A stretch of 64,000 bases of DNA from an uncultured Chloroflexia bacterium (GTDB taxonomy: Bacteria > Chloroflexota > Limnocylindria > Limnocylindrales > CSP1-4): positions 736,001 to 800,000 of the forward strand of contig CAWEYL010000001.1 of the NCBI GenBank assembly GCA_963813335.1, in the 5' to 3' direction. This document shows, piece by piece, positions 1 to 9,460 of the stretch (the first letter of the stretch is position 1; each line of letters opens with the position of its first letter). Made by a program: the position numbers and the translations under genes. The notes under the pieces are model-generated. The model was not told where the DNA came from. It saw only the letters and a list, made by a program, of their open reading frames with translations, and did not search any database.

Positions 1-176
1 GCTGGACGACGTGGACGGGCCAGGCGTTCGTGCGTACCCCGTCCGGTCCGAAACGGACCCCGGACGAGGAGGGGTTCATCCTCGTCCGCTCGACCGCGTC
101 CACGCCATCACTGGATCGAAATGCGCCCATCAGCTGCGACTGGCGCCCGGGCGATGTCTGGTAGCAGGAGAGGATC

Positions 177-806
177 GTGACCGTGTTCGTGCCCGACCTT
201 CCGCGGCGCATCGGGGCCATCGCCGTGCCCCAGGACGATGTCTCGGCCGCCACCTGGCGGTGGGCGCACCGCGCCCTCCCGGACTACCTGCTGACGCACT
301 CCGTGCGCGCTTACTGCTGGGGAGCGGCGATCGCGGCGGGCGAGGGCTGGGCGTTCGACGCCCAGGTCCTGTGGACGGCGTCGCTGATGCACGACTACGG
401 GCTGACCCGGATCCCCAGGAACACGATGTGTTTCGAGGTCGAGGGGGCAGAGATCGCGCGCCGGTTCCTCGAGAAGGCCGGGATGGACCCGGAGGCTGCC
501 GACCGCGCCGCGATCGCGATCATCCTCCACATGGCGCCGGGCGTCGACCTGTCGGACGGCGTGGAGGCGGTCCTGCTCGACCGCTCGACGGGACTGGACG
601 TCCGGGGCGACGGATACGACCTGGTCGACGCGGTACGCGAGGGGGTCATGCGCGAGTTCCCGCGACGCGCGTTCGATCGCCGCTTCCTCGCGGCCATCCG
701 GCGCGAGGCCGCGCTCCGCCCGACCTGCCAGAGCGCGCGACTGCTGCACCAGGCCGATCTCGCCGGCTGGATGGCCCGCTCTCCCTGGGCGGCCGAACGG
801 CGCTAG
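177..806 (+). CDS. HD domain-containing metal-dependent hydrolase
   Basis: HSVRAY and LMHDYG (HD) motifs; purine-rich RBS (GGAGAGGA) before GTG. Confidence 0.8.
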   Translation: MTVFVPDLPRRIGAIAVPQDDVSAATWRWAHRALPDYLLTHSVRAYCWGAAIAAGEGWAFDAQVLWTASLMHDYGLTRIPRNTMCFEVEGAEIARRFLEKAGMDPEAADRAAIAIILHMAPGVDLSDGVEAVLLDRSTGLDVRGDGYDLVDAVREGVMREFPRRAFDRRFLAAIRREAALRPTCQSARLLHQADLAGWMARSPWAAERR

Positions 807-834
807 CCCACCGACCGGTGCACAATGGCGCGCG

Positions 835-2808
835 ATGAGCGAGGCCACCTCTCCCGTGGACGACGCGACCGGTGATCTGCTGAAGGCCGGACGGGACGCG
901 CTGGTTCGGCACGAATGGGCCGAGGCATACGACCGGCTGACCGAAGCGGACGCCGCCGGCGCGCTGTCCGGCGAGGACCTGGAGCGCCTCGGCCAGGCCG
1001 CGTTCTTCGTCGCCAAGGCCGACATCGAGCGCGAGGTCAAGGAGCGTGCCTTCAAGGTCTACGAGGGGGCGGGCAACCAGATCCGCGCGGCCTACATCGC
1101 CCTCGATCTCGCCCGTGACTATGCGTTCTCGGGCAACCACGCCATCTCGACGGTCTGGGTCCGGCGGGCCGAGCGGATCCTCGGGCCGGACGGGGACACC
1201 TACGCCCACGGCTACCTGGCCCTGATCAAGAGCCTCGGCGCGGGCAGCAGTGGCGACATGGACGCCGCCGTCGCCCTCGCCGAGCGGGCGATCGAGATCG
1301 GTGAAGGCGCCGCCGACGCCGACCTCAAGGCGTTCGGGCTGATCAACATGGGGTCGCTCAAGATCGCCAACGGGGATACGAGCGATGGCATCGCCCTCAT
1401 GGAGGAAGCATCCATCGCCGCGGTGAACGGCGAGCTGTCGCCCTTCACGACCGGGGTCACGGCCTGCTCGATGATCAGCGCCTGCCGCGACCTCAACGAC
1501 TACCGGCGGGCGAACGAGTGGATCGAGGCGACCGAGCGCTACTGCCATCGCCAAGCGCTCTCCGGCTTCCCGGGCATCTGCAAGATCCATCGCGCCGAGA
1601 TCGCGGCCGTCGGGGGCGCCTGGGAGCGGGCGGAGCAGGACCTCGAGAAGGCCACCAGCGAGCTCGGCGCCTTCAACGCCACGCCGCCGCAGGCGGACGG
1701 CTTCTACGCGATCGGCGACATCCGCCGGCTGCGTGGCGACTTCGCGGGCGCCGAGGCGGCGCTTCGTGAGGCGCATGCCCGGGGCCGCTCGCCGCAGCCC
1801 GCCCTCGCGCTGATCCGCCTGGCCGAGGGCAAGGTCAAGGCGGCGATGACCGCCATCGATGCCGCGGTCGCCGAGCGCGGCTGGGACCGCTGGGCGAAGG
1901 CGCGCCTCTACCCCGCGCAGGCCGAGATCGCGATCGCGGCCGGCGACCTCGCCGTCGCACGGGTCGCGGTCGATGCCCTCAACGAGACCGTGGCCTCGTA
2001 TCCGTCGCCCGCGCTCGAGGCCGGGCGGCAGGCGACGCTGGGTCGCGTGCTGCTGGCGGAGGGCGACGCCGCGGGGGCCGCCGAGGCGCTGCGCAGCTCG
2101 ATCCGCGGCTGGCGCGAGGTCGGCTCGCCGTACGAGGTCGCCCGCGCCCGGGCGGTCCTGTCGCGGGCGCTGCGGACCGTCGGCGACGACGACGATGCGG
2201 AGCTCGAGCTCGATGCCGCGCTGGACGACTTCCGCCGGCTCGGGGCCCGCGTCGACATCGAGACCGCGGAGCGCGAGCTGCGCGATGCCGAGGACCGGCG
2301 CAGCGGCCCGGTCTCGGCGCGGATGACGTTCATGTTCACCGACATCGTCGGGTCGACGAACCTGGCAGAGGCGCTCGGCGACCAGGCCTGGGAGCGGCTC
2401 CTGCGCTGGCACGACGACATGCTCCGCAAGGTGATCACGGCCGGGGGAGGGGTCATCGTCAACTCGACCGGCGACGGGTTCTTCGCGGCGTTCACCTCGG
2501 CCAGGGCCGCGGTCGATGCCGGGATCGCCATCCAGCGCGCCCTTCGCGAGCAGCGCGACGCCAGCGGCTTCGCCATCGCCGTCCGCATCGGGCTCCATAC
2601 CGCCGACGCCAACCGTCGCGGCGACGACTACAGCGGCAAGGGCGTCCATGTGGCCGCGAGGGTCGCGGGGGAAGCCACGGGCGGCGAGATCATCGCCACG
2701 ACCGACACGCTCGACGAGGCGGGCGACGTCCGCGCCGGGCCGCCGACGCCGACCGCCCTGAAGGGCGTCACCGAGCCGGTCTCGCTCGCCCGCATCGACT
2801 GGAGCTGA
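835..2808 (+). CDS. TPR-like helical-repeat protein with C-terminal class III nucleotide cyclase domain
   Basis: C-terminal FTDIVGST...GDGF...RIGLHT...VHVAARV; N-terminus resembles the helical domain of large LuxR-family regulators. Confidence 0.85.
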   Translation: MSEATSPVDDATGDLLKAGRDALVRHEWAEAYDRLTEADAAGALSGEDLERLGQAAFFVAKADIEREVKERAFKVYEGAGNQIRAAYIALDLARDYAFSGNHAISTVWVRRAERILGPDGDTYAHGYLALIKSLGAGSSGDMDAAVALAERAIEIGEGAADADLKAFGLINMGSLKIANGDTSDGIALMEEASIAAVNGELSPFTTGVTACSMISACRDLNDYRRANEWIEATERYCHRQALSGFPGICKIHRAEIAAVGGAWERAEQDLEKATSELGAFNATPPQADGFYAIGDIRRLRGDFAGAEAALREAHARGRSPQPALALIRLAEGKVKAAMTAIDAAVAERGWDRWAKARLYPAQAEIAIAAGDLAVARVAVDALNETVASYPSPALEAGRQATLGRVLLAEGDAAGAAEALRSSIRGWREVGSPYEVARARAVLSRALRTVGDDDDAELELDAALDDFRRLGARVDIETAERELRDAEDRRSGPVSARMTFMFTDIVGSTNLAEALGDQAWERLLRWHDDMLRKVITAGGGVIVNSTGDGFFAAFTSARAAVDAGIAIQRALREQRDASGFAIAVRIGLHTADANRRGDDYSGKGVHVAARVAGEATGGEIIATTDTLDEAGDVRAGPPTPTALKGVTEPVSLARIDWS

Positions 2809-2817
2809 CCGGTCCGC

Positions 2818-4005
2818 ATGCGCGCGGGCCGGTCGCGGGCGATCGCCATCGCCTCCATCGCCGTCGCCGTCGCCGTCGGCTGCGCGCCGGTGGACCCGAG
2901 CCCGGCGCCATCCGCGCCATACGCGCCATCCGCGATCCCTAGTACCCGTCCGTCGCCGTCTGCCGCGCTCGCATCGCCGTCGCCGTCACCGAGCGCCCGG
3001 TCCACCGCGCCGACCGTGGCCCAGCTGATCGGTCAGAAGCTGGTGATCCGGATCGGCGGCACGACCGCGTCGCCGGCGGTCCTCCAGCGGATCCAGCGCG
3101 GCGAGGTGGGCGGGGTGATCCTCTTCGGGCCGAACATCGGCACCCCGGCCGCGCTGCGGGCGCTCACGGACGCCCTCCAGGCGGCAGCCGCCAAGGGCCG
3201 CCAGCCGCCCCTCCTGATCGCGGTCGACCAGGAGGGTGGCGAGATCACCCGGATCCCGTGGGCTCCGCCGACCCTCACGCCCGCCGAGATGGGACGCGAC
3301 GGCCGTCCCTCGGTCGCGCACGACCAGGGGCTCGCGACGGCGACGGCGCTCCACGACCTCGGCATCAACGTGGACTTCGCGCCGGTGGCCGACGTCCCGA
3401 CCGGTCCGACCTCGTTCATGGAGGCGGCCGGCCGCACGTTCTCGATGTCGTCGGCGACCGTCTCGGACCTCGCCGACGCCTTCGCCGCAGGTCTCGAGGA
3501 GGGCGGCGTCCTCCCGTCCATGAAGCACTTCCCGGGGATCGGCCCGGCGACGCGGAACACCGACGATGCCGTGGTCGTGATCGATGCCTCGGCGGAGGAG
3601 CTGGACGCCGGCCTGCTGCCGTACCAGACCGCCATCGGCGAGCGGATCCCGCTGGTCATGCTCTCGAACGCCACCTATCCCGCGTACGACGCGGATGACG
3701 CCGCTGGCTGGTCGCGCGCCATCGGCATCACCCTCCTGCGCGACGAGATGGGCTTCGCGGGCGTGACCATCACGGACTCGCTCGACGGCACCGCCAAGGC
3801 GCGCGGCCTCGCCAGCGCGGACCTGGCCGAGCAGGCCGCCCGTGCCGGCACGGACCTGTTGCTGCTGACCGGATCGGAGGCGACGTCGGCCGGCACCTTC
3901 CAGCGGCTCGTCCGCGAGGCGACCGCCGGCGACATCGACCAGGCGACCCTGCTGGCGTCGTACGACCGGATCCTCGCGCTGAAGGCGGGGCTGTCGCCCG
4001 CCTAG
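2818..4005 (+). CDS. Glycoside hydrolase family 3 (beta-N-acetylhexosaminidase-like) lipoprotein
   Basis: AVDQEGG, APVAD, KHFPGIG and ITDSL motifs; N-terminal lipobox-like VGC followed by a P/S linker. Confidence 0.88.
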   Translation: MRAGRSRAIAIASIAVAVAVGCAPVDPSPAPSAPYAPSAIPSTRPSPSAALASPSPSPSARSTAPTVAQLIGQKLVIRIGGTTASPAVLQRIQRGEVGGVILFGPNIGTPAALRALTDALQAAAAKGRQPPLLIAVDQEGGEITRIPWAPPTLTPAEMGRDGRPSVAHDQGLATATALHDLGINVDFAPVADVPTGPTSFMEAAGRTFSMSSATVSDLADAFAAGLEEGGVLPSMKHFPGIGPATRNTDDAVVVIDASAEELDAGLLPYQTAIGERIPLVMLSNATYPAYDADDAAGWSRAIGITLLRDEMGFAGVTITDSLDGTAKARGLASADLAEQAARAGTDLLLLTGSEATSAGTFQRLVREATAGDIDQATLLASYDRILALKAGLSPA

Positions 4006-4383
4006 CTCGAGCGGAGCGGGTCCGCGACCGTATCCCGGGCGATCCGCACGACCGCCCTCGACATGCGGCTCATCCATAGCCCACGCTCAAGCGCGCCGAC
4101 ATGCCCACGATGACGCGTCTTGGGAACGGCCGCGACCAGCGTCTCCCGCACGAGTCACCGTTGATCGGCCGTCGGGCGGGTCGGATCGAAGGCTTATCGG
4201 ATCCGTTCGCCAGATCTCATGAATGGCAGTCATATCCGTCGAGCGAAGGGATGTCCAGGCCCGCGGATGACCCCGGGCATCCGCCGCTGACTGGCCGGGC
4301 GCTGCTGGCGTCGTACGACCGGATCCTCGCGCTGAAGGCGGGGCTGTCGCCCGGCTAGCTGGAGCGGAGCAGGTCCTCGAACG
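3949..4383. repeat. Direct repeat: 52 bp identical (3949-4000 = 4302-4353), extending imperfectly about 30 bp further
   Basis: ctgctggcgtcgtacgaccggatcctcgcgctgaaggcggggctgtcgcccg occurs twice, offset by 353 bp. Confidence 0.95.
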
Positions 4384-4984
4384 GCACCGGGTCCGTGAAC
4401 GGGTCGCGCGGCGCGCCGGGCACCGTCGCGGCCATCGCCGCGGCCAGCTCGCGTGCCGCGCGCTCGATGCGGTCGACGAGGCGACCGTCGGCGGCCACGG
4501 CGCCTTCCCCCCAGTCCTCGGTCGCGGCGTAGACCGCCGTCGGGACCGTGGCGGCGTTGAGGTACGCGAACAGCGGTCGCACGGCGTGCTCGAGGGCCAG
4601 CGAATGGCGGGCCGTGCCGCCGGTCGCGGCGATCAGGACGGGCTTCCCGGCGAACCCGCCCCGCTCGATCACGTCGAAGAACATCTTGAACAGGCCGCTG
4701 TACGAGGCGCTGAAGATGGGTGTCACGGCCACCAGCCCGTCTGCCGCCAGGACGGCGTCGGTCGCCGCCCGCAGGCTCGGGCTCGAGAAGCCGGTCAGCA
4801 GGTGATCGGTCAGGTCGTGCGCATGGGCGCGCAGCTCGACCACCTCGACCACGGGCTCGATGCCCGCGGCACGCAGGTCCCGCTCGGTCGCGGCCGCGAT
4901 CCGGTCGGCGAGCAGCCGGGTCGAGGACGGCTGTCCGAGCCCGGCGCTGACGACGACCAGCGAGCGGTGCCGACCGTCGCTCAT
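4355..4984 (-). CDS. NADPH-dependent FMN reductase (CE1759-like)
   Basis: VVSAGLGQPSSTRLLAD, TPIFSASYSGLFK, ATGGTARHSL; ATG overlaps the stop of the upstream LLM gene. Confidence 0.9.
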   Translation of the reverse strand: MSDGRHRSLVVVSAGLGQPSSTRLLADRIAAATERDLRAAGIEPVVEVVELRAHAHDLTDHLLTGFSSPSLRAATDAVLAADGLVAVTPIFSASYSGLFKMFFDVIERGGFAGKPVLIAATGGTARHSLALEHAVRPLFAYLNAATVPTAVYAATEDWGEGAVAADGRLVDRIERAARELAAAMAATVPGAPRDPFTDPVPFEDLLRSS

Positions 4985-6105
4985 GCCGGGACCGGCTCCG
5001 CGAGACGGTCCGCCGCATCGGCCCCGACGACGGGGGCCGCGACGCGCGGATGCAGCGGCGCGTCGGGGACGTGCGCGGGGCGTCCGATCGCGAACTCCCG
5101 GCGCAGGACGGGGACCACGAGCTCGCCCAGCATCTCCAGCTGGTGGAGGGCCTCCTCGAGCGGCAAGCCCGCGTGATCCACCAGGAAGAGCTGGCGCTGG
5201 TAGTCGCCCACGACGTCGCGGAACGCGAGCGTGCGGTCGATGACCTCCTGCGGGCTCCCGACGGTCAACGGTGTCTGGGCCATGTAGTCCTCGAGCGAGG
5301 GTCCGCCGCCGTAGACCGGGGCGTGGTCGAAGTATGGCCGGAACGTCCGGATCGCCTCCTGGGAGTCCGCGCGCATGAAGACCTGGCCCCCGAGGCCCAC
5401 GATCGCCTGGTCGGCCGGCCCATGCTCGTAGTGCTCGTAGCGCTGGCGGTACAGCGCCACCATGCGCTGGACGTGCTCCTTCGGCCAGAAGATGTTGTTG
5501 TGGAAGAACCCGTCGCCGTAGTAGGCCGCCTGCTCGGCGATCTCCGGACTGCGGATCGAGCCGTGCCAGACGAACGGCGGGACGCCGTCGAGCGGCCGTG
5601 GCGTCGCGGTAAATCCGGTCAGCGGCGTGCGGAACTTGCCCTGCCAGTCCACGACGTCCTCGCGCCACAGGCGGTGGAGCAGGGCGTAGTTCTCGTAGGC
5701 CAGCGCGATCCCGTCGCGGATGTCCTGGCCGAACCACGGGTAGACCGGGCCCATGTTGCCGCGACCCAGCATCAGGTCGACCCGGCCGCCGGCCAGGTGC
5801 TGGAGCATCGCGTAGTCCTCGGCGATCTTCACCGGGTCGTTGGTGGTGATCAGGGTCGTCGCGGTCGAGAGGACCAGCCGCTCGGTCTTCGCGGCGATGT
5901 AGCCCAGCATCGTCGTGGGTGAGGAGGGGACGAACGGCGGGTTGTGGTGCTCGCCGGTCGCGAACACGTCGAGCCCGACCTCCTCCGCCTTGAGCGCGAT
6001 GGCGACCATCGCCTGGACGCGCTCCGCATCCGTCGGCGTTCGACCCGTGAGCGGGTCCATCGTCACGTCGCCGACCGTGAAGACCCCGAATTGCATCTGT
6101 GCCAT
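4981..6105 (-). CDS. LLM-class flavin-dependent oxidoreductase (luciferase-like monooxygenase)
   Basis: MQFGVFTVGD, GEHHNPPF, TTNDPVKIAED, WHGSIRS; paired with the FMN reductase. Confidence 0.92.
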   Translation of the reverse strand: MAQMQFGVFTVGDVTMDPLTGRTPTDAERVQAMVAIALKAEEVGLDVFATGEHHNPPFVPSSPTTMLGYIAAKTERLVLSTATTLITTNDPVKIAEDYAMLQHLAGGRVDLMLGRGNMGPVYPWFGQDIRDGIALAYENYALLHRLWREDVVDWQGKFRTPLTGFTATPRPLDGVPPFVWHGSIRSPEIAEQAAYYGDGFFHNNIFWPKEHVQRMVALYRQRYEHYEHGPADQAIVGLGGQVFMRADSQEAIRTFRPYFDHAPVYGGGPSLEDYMAQTPLTVGSPQEVIDRTLAFRDVVGDYQRQLFLVDHAGLPLEEALHQLEMLGELVVPVLRREFAIGRPAHVPDAPLHPRVAAPVVGADAADRLAEPVPA

Positions 6106-6126
6106 GCCCGGAGTGTACACGATTGA

Positions 6127-6144
6127 TAGTTGCATGTGCAACTA
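6127..6144. promoter_or_regulatory. Palindromic operator TAGTTGCA-tg-TGCAACTA (MarR-like) upstream of the LLM operon
   Basis: Perfect 8-bp inverted repeat, AT-rich, about 20 bp upstream of the start codon. Confidence 0.65.
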
Positions 6145-6264
6145 CTTGCGTCCGACCACGACCCGGGGTGGTCCGAAGGTCCGGCTGGTCAACGGGACCG
6201 GCGACGCGCGACCATGACAGCCCGCCGCTGCGACCCCCATCCCTGTCTGCTGGAGGAACCCCCG

Positions 6265-6444
6265 ATGATCCGAGGACCACGGAGCCTGGGTGACCCGTTC
6301 GAAGGCCGAGGGGCGCAGCGCACGCGCGTCCGCCTGCGCATCGAGGGCGTCATCGCGTTGACCCTCGCGGTCGCCGCGTTCAGCATCGCCCTGGCCCTCT
6401 GGGTCGGCACGCTCGCGCCGTTCGTGGTCCGCCTCGCGCACTGA
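6265..6444 (+). CDS. Small membrane protein (59 aa)
   Basis: GGAGG RBS before ATG; one hydrophobic helix (VIALTLAVAAFSIALALWVG). Confidence 0.6.
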   Translation: MIRGPRSLGDPFEGRGAQRTRVRLRIEGVIALTLAVAAFSIALALWVGTLAPFVVRLAH

Positions 6445-6583
6445 CGGCCGTCGGGCGCGGCGCCCACGCCGGCCCGCGTCAGACCCGTGCGAGATGGCGA
6501 GGCGTGCCCGAGACGCGCCATGACGCCGCCGTCGTACCGTGGAGCGGACCGGGACGGACCGGATCGCTCGCGGAGGGGAGACG

Positions 6584-8299
6584 ATGGCTGGTGAATTCGA
6601 CATCGTTGGCTCGAACGCGGCCGCGCGCTTCAGTCTGCGGGTGCACCGCGGCGAGGGGATGGCCCTGCTCGCCATGGACTGGCGGAACGGCCAGCCGCCG
6701 GCCGACTTCGTCGGGTTCTCGATCGAGTATCGACCGCCCAGCAGCCTGTCCTTCTTCGCCCTGAGCAACCGGTTGGCCTTCACGACCGCACCGGCCAACG
6801 TCGGCCCGAACCCGAAGTCCACGCTGTTCGCCCCGATCCAGAAGTTCCGCTGGGTCCATTTCCCGTATGACCCCGAGCAGACGGGCGCGTATCGCTACCG
6901 GGTCCGCCCGGCATTCATGGACGCCGGGCGCACGATCACCTGGGGCGACGCCCAGGAGGTCGACATCGAGCTGCGTCGGGAGACCTACCCGGGGGTGCTG
7001 AACGTCGCCTTCGCCCGGGGCTTCGTCTCGTCGCAGGCGTTCGTCGACCGCTACGAGAGCGCCGGCAAGATCTCGACCCTGCTGCCGTCGACCGCGGCCA
7101 AGGGGCTGACGTTCCAGCCGACGCATCCGAAGACCGCCGACGCGCTCGCATGGATGGGGTTCGAGGCGCGGAGCGCGATCCTGCAGGTGCTCGACGAGGC
7201 GATCGCCGACGTCAGCGCCGAGGTGCGGGTCGTGGCGTACGACCTGAACGAGCCGGAGATCGTCGGCCGGCTCGAGCAGCTCGGCGCGCGGCTCAAGGTC
7301 ATCATCGACGACGACGGCGACCACGGCGCCGCGGGGTCGGCCGAGGACCAGGCGGAGGCGAGGCTGAAGGTCAGCGCCGGATCGACCCACGTCAAGCGCC
7401 AGCACATGGGCAAGCTGCAGCACAACAAGACGATCGTGGTCCAGGGCGACAGCGTCCAGGCCGTCGTCTGCGGCTCGACGAACTTCTCCTGGCGCGGCCT
7501 GTACGTCCAGGCCAACAACGCGATCGTCCTGCGCGGCATCAAGCCGGCCAAGGTCTTCCGGACGGCGTTCGACGGCTACTGGGCGAAGGGCGTGCCCGCC
7601 ACGTTCGGGGTGACCCTCTCGACGAGCTGGCGCGACCTGGGGCTGCCCGGCATCGACGCGAAGGTCTCGTTCTCCCCACACGCCTCGTCCAATGCCCGGC
7701 TCAAGGCGGTGTCGGACGACATCGGGCTCGCCTCGTCGAGCGTCCTCTACTCGCTGGCGTTCCTGTACATGACGACCAAGGGGCCCGTGTTCGACGCCAT
7801 CAAGAAGGTCACGGACGACCCCGACATCTTCGTCTACGGCATGTCCGACAAGAAGGTCGGCGGCGGGATCGACATGCAGCTCCCCGACGGCAAGGTCGCG
7901 CCGCTGAGCCCCCAGGCGCTCACCGAGCACGTCCCGCAGCCGTTCAAGCGCGAGCCGAGCGCGGCCGGCGGGGTGCGGATGCATCACAAGTTCGTGGTCA
8001 TCGATTTCGACAAGCCGACCGCCCGGGTGTACACGGGCTCGTACAACTTCTCCGGCGCCGCGGATCTCGACAACGGCGAGAACCTGGTCCGCATCCGCGA
8101 CCGGCGGATCGCCGTCGCGTACATGGTCGAGGCGCTGCGCCTGTTCGACCACTACCACTTCCGCGTGAAGCAGCTCGACGCGGCGACGGCGGCGACGACC
8201 CTTGAGCTCAAGGAGCCGCCGACCGCCGGGAACGCCGCGTGGTGGCTGGAGGACTACACGGACCCGGTCAAGATCCGCGACCGGAAGACGTTCGCGTGA
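6584..8299 (+). CDS. Phospholipase D superfamily protein with two HxK motifs
   Basis: HNKTIVV...GSTNFS and HHKFVVID...GSYNFS...ENL; GGAGGGGAG RBS; no signal peptide. Confidence 0.88.
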   Translation: MAGEFDIVGSNAAARFSLRVHRGEGMALLAMDWRNGQPPADFVGFSIEYRPPSSLSFFALSNRLAFTTAPANVGPNPKSTLFAPIQKFRWVHFPYDPEQTGAYRYRVRPAFMDAGRTITWGDAQEVDIELRRETYPGVLNVAFARGFVSSQAFVDRYESAGKISTLLPSTAAKGLTFQPTHPKTADALAWMGFEARSAILQVLDEAIADVSAEVRVVAYDLNEPEIVGRLEQLGARLKVIIDDDGDHGAAGSAEDQAEARLKVSAGSTHVKRQHMGKLQHNKTIVVQGDSVQAVVCGSTNFSWRGLYVQANNAIVLRGIKPAKVFRTAFDGYWAKGVPATFGVTLSTSWRDLGLPGIDAKVSFSPHASSNARLKAVSDDIGLASSSVLYSLAFLYMTTKGPVFDAIKKVTDDPDIFVYGMSDKKVGGGIDMQLPDGKVAPLSPQALTEHVPQPFKREPSAAGGVRMHHKFVVIDFDKPTARVYTGSYNFSGAADLDNGENLVRIRDRRIAVAYMVEALRLFDHYHFRVKQLDAATAATTLELKEPPTAGNAAWWLEDYTDPVKIRDRKTFA

Positions 8300-9137
8300 C
8301 GGCGTCGCTACCCTGCGGGCGCATGACGATCACGGCTTCGAGGTACTCGCTCGACACGACCATCGTGCCGTCCTCCGCGCGGTTGAACTGGGCGATGAGG
8401 TCGACGATATCGGCCTCGAGGCCGGCGTAGCCCACCACGCCGACCGCCTCGAACGCCTTGAGCGTCGGTCCGTAGTAGCGGCGCCAGTAGTCGACGAACG
8501 CCGCGGGCGACCGATCGCGGAAGGTGAGCGTGCGCGTCTCGGCGCGCAGCTCGGCGATGCTGTCGCCGAACAGCTCCTGGAGCCGCTCCTCGGTGCCCCA
8601 CTGGATCGGCGAGCGCAGGCCCGCCGGCGGCGGGACGTGCCGGCCGATGGTCTTGAAGAGCTGGCCGATGAACCCCGACGGCGTGTGGGCGACGAGGCCG
8701 ATCCGGCCGCCGGGCCGGGTCACCCGCACGAGTTCGTTCGCGGTCTGCTCCTGGTCGGGTGCGAACATCGCCCCGAAGACGGAGCTCACGACATCGACGC
8801 TCTGGTCGGCGACGGGGAGCGCCTCGGCGTCGCCCTCGAGGAACTCGATCTCGAGGCCCTCGGCGGCGGTCCGCCGCCGCGCCCGGTCGAGGAGGGACGG
8901 CACGTAGTCGACGCCGACGACGTCACAGCCACGCCGCGCGGCCGCGAGCGCGGCGTTGCCGCTCCCGGTCGCCACGTCGAGGACGCGCTCGGTCGAGCGG
9001 ACGTCCAGCGTCTCGATCAACAGCTCCGCCACGATCAGGATCTGCGTCCCGACCATGTGGTAGTCGCCGCTGGACCACGTCGCCTGCTGGCGCTGCTTGA
9101 TGGCGGCCAGGTCGGGCCGCGCTGTCATGACGGTCAT
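8268..9137 (-). CDS. Class I SAM-dependent methyltransferase
   Basis: VLDVATGSGNAA, EGDAEALP, VFGAMFAPD. Confidence 0.92.
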   Translation of the reverse strand: MTVMTARPDLAAIKQRQQATWSSGDYHMVGTQILIVAELLIETLDVRSTERVLDVATGSGNAALAAARRGCDVVGVDYVPSLLDRARRRTAAEGLEIEFLEGDAEALPVADQSVDVVSSVFGAMFAPDQEQTANELVRVTRPGGRIGLVAHTPSGFIGQLFKTIGRHVPPPAGLRSPIQWGTEERLQELFGDSIAELRAETRTLTFRDRSPAAFVDYWRRYYGPTLKAFEAVGVVGYAGLEADIVDLIAQFNRAEDGTMVVSSEYLEAVIVMRPQGSDAVTRTSSGRGS

Positions 9138-9202
9138 GTGTCGCTCCTTGTTCGGAAGGGTCGGTGTGGATGTCGCTGTCGGGCATGCGCGGGCTCGGCG
9201 GC

Positions 9203-9295
9203 CTACCGCCGGAACCCGTCCCGCGTGTCGACCCCGAGGACGACGGCGAAGATGCCGAGGACCGCGAGGGCGACGAGGACTGCGAAGAGGACCAT
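9203..9295 (-). CDS. 30-aa membrane microprotein MVLFAVLVALAVLGIFAVVLGVDTRDGFRR
   Basis: GAGGAG RBS, ATG at 9295, TAG at 9203; hydrophobic helix followed by GVDTRD; below the ORF-track cutoff. Confidence 0.65.
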   Translation of the reverse strand: MVLFAVLVALAVLGIFAVVLGVDTRDGFRR

Positions 9296-9460
9296 GAGAA
9301 GACTCCTCTGACCTGGGTCAGTGCTGGCTGGTATGCCCACAGCCTCGGGTCTTTAGGGGCAGTGGCACATCGGGAGGAGTGGCTATTTCTCCGGTCCGCA
9401 CCCTTTAGGGCCGCCGTGGCGTGCCATCATCGCGATGACCCGTGGACTGAAGGAGACGCC

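Noticed and set aside
4101-4358. 85-aa ORF ending like the GH3 protein
   Set aside because: Its C-terminus is only the duplicated 52-bp segment; there is no evidence that it is a real gene.
4355-6280. 641-aa ORF apparently extending the FMN reductase
   Set aside because: The upstream part is an off-frame read of the LLM gene; the real start is ATG 4984.
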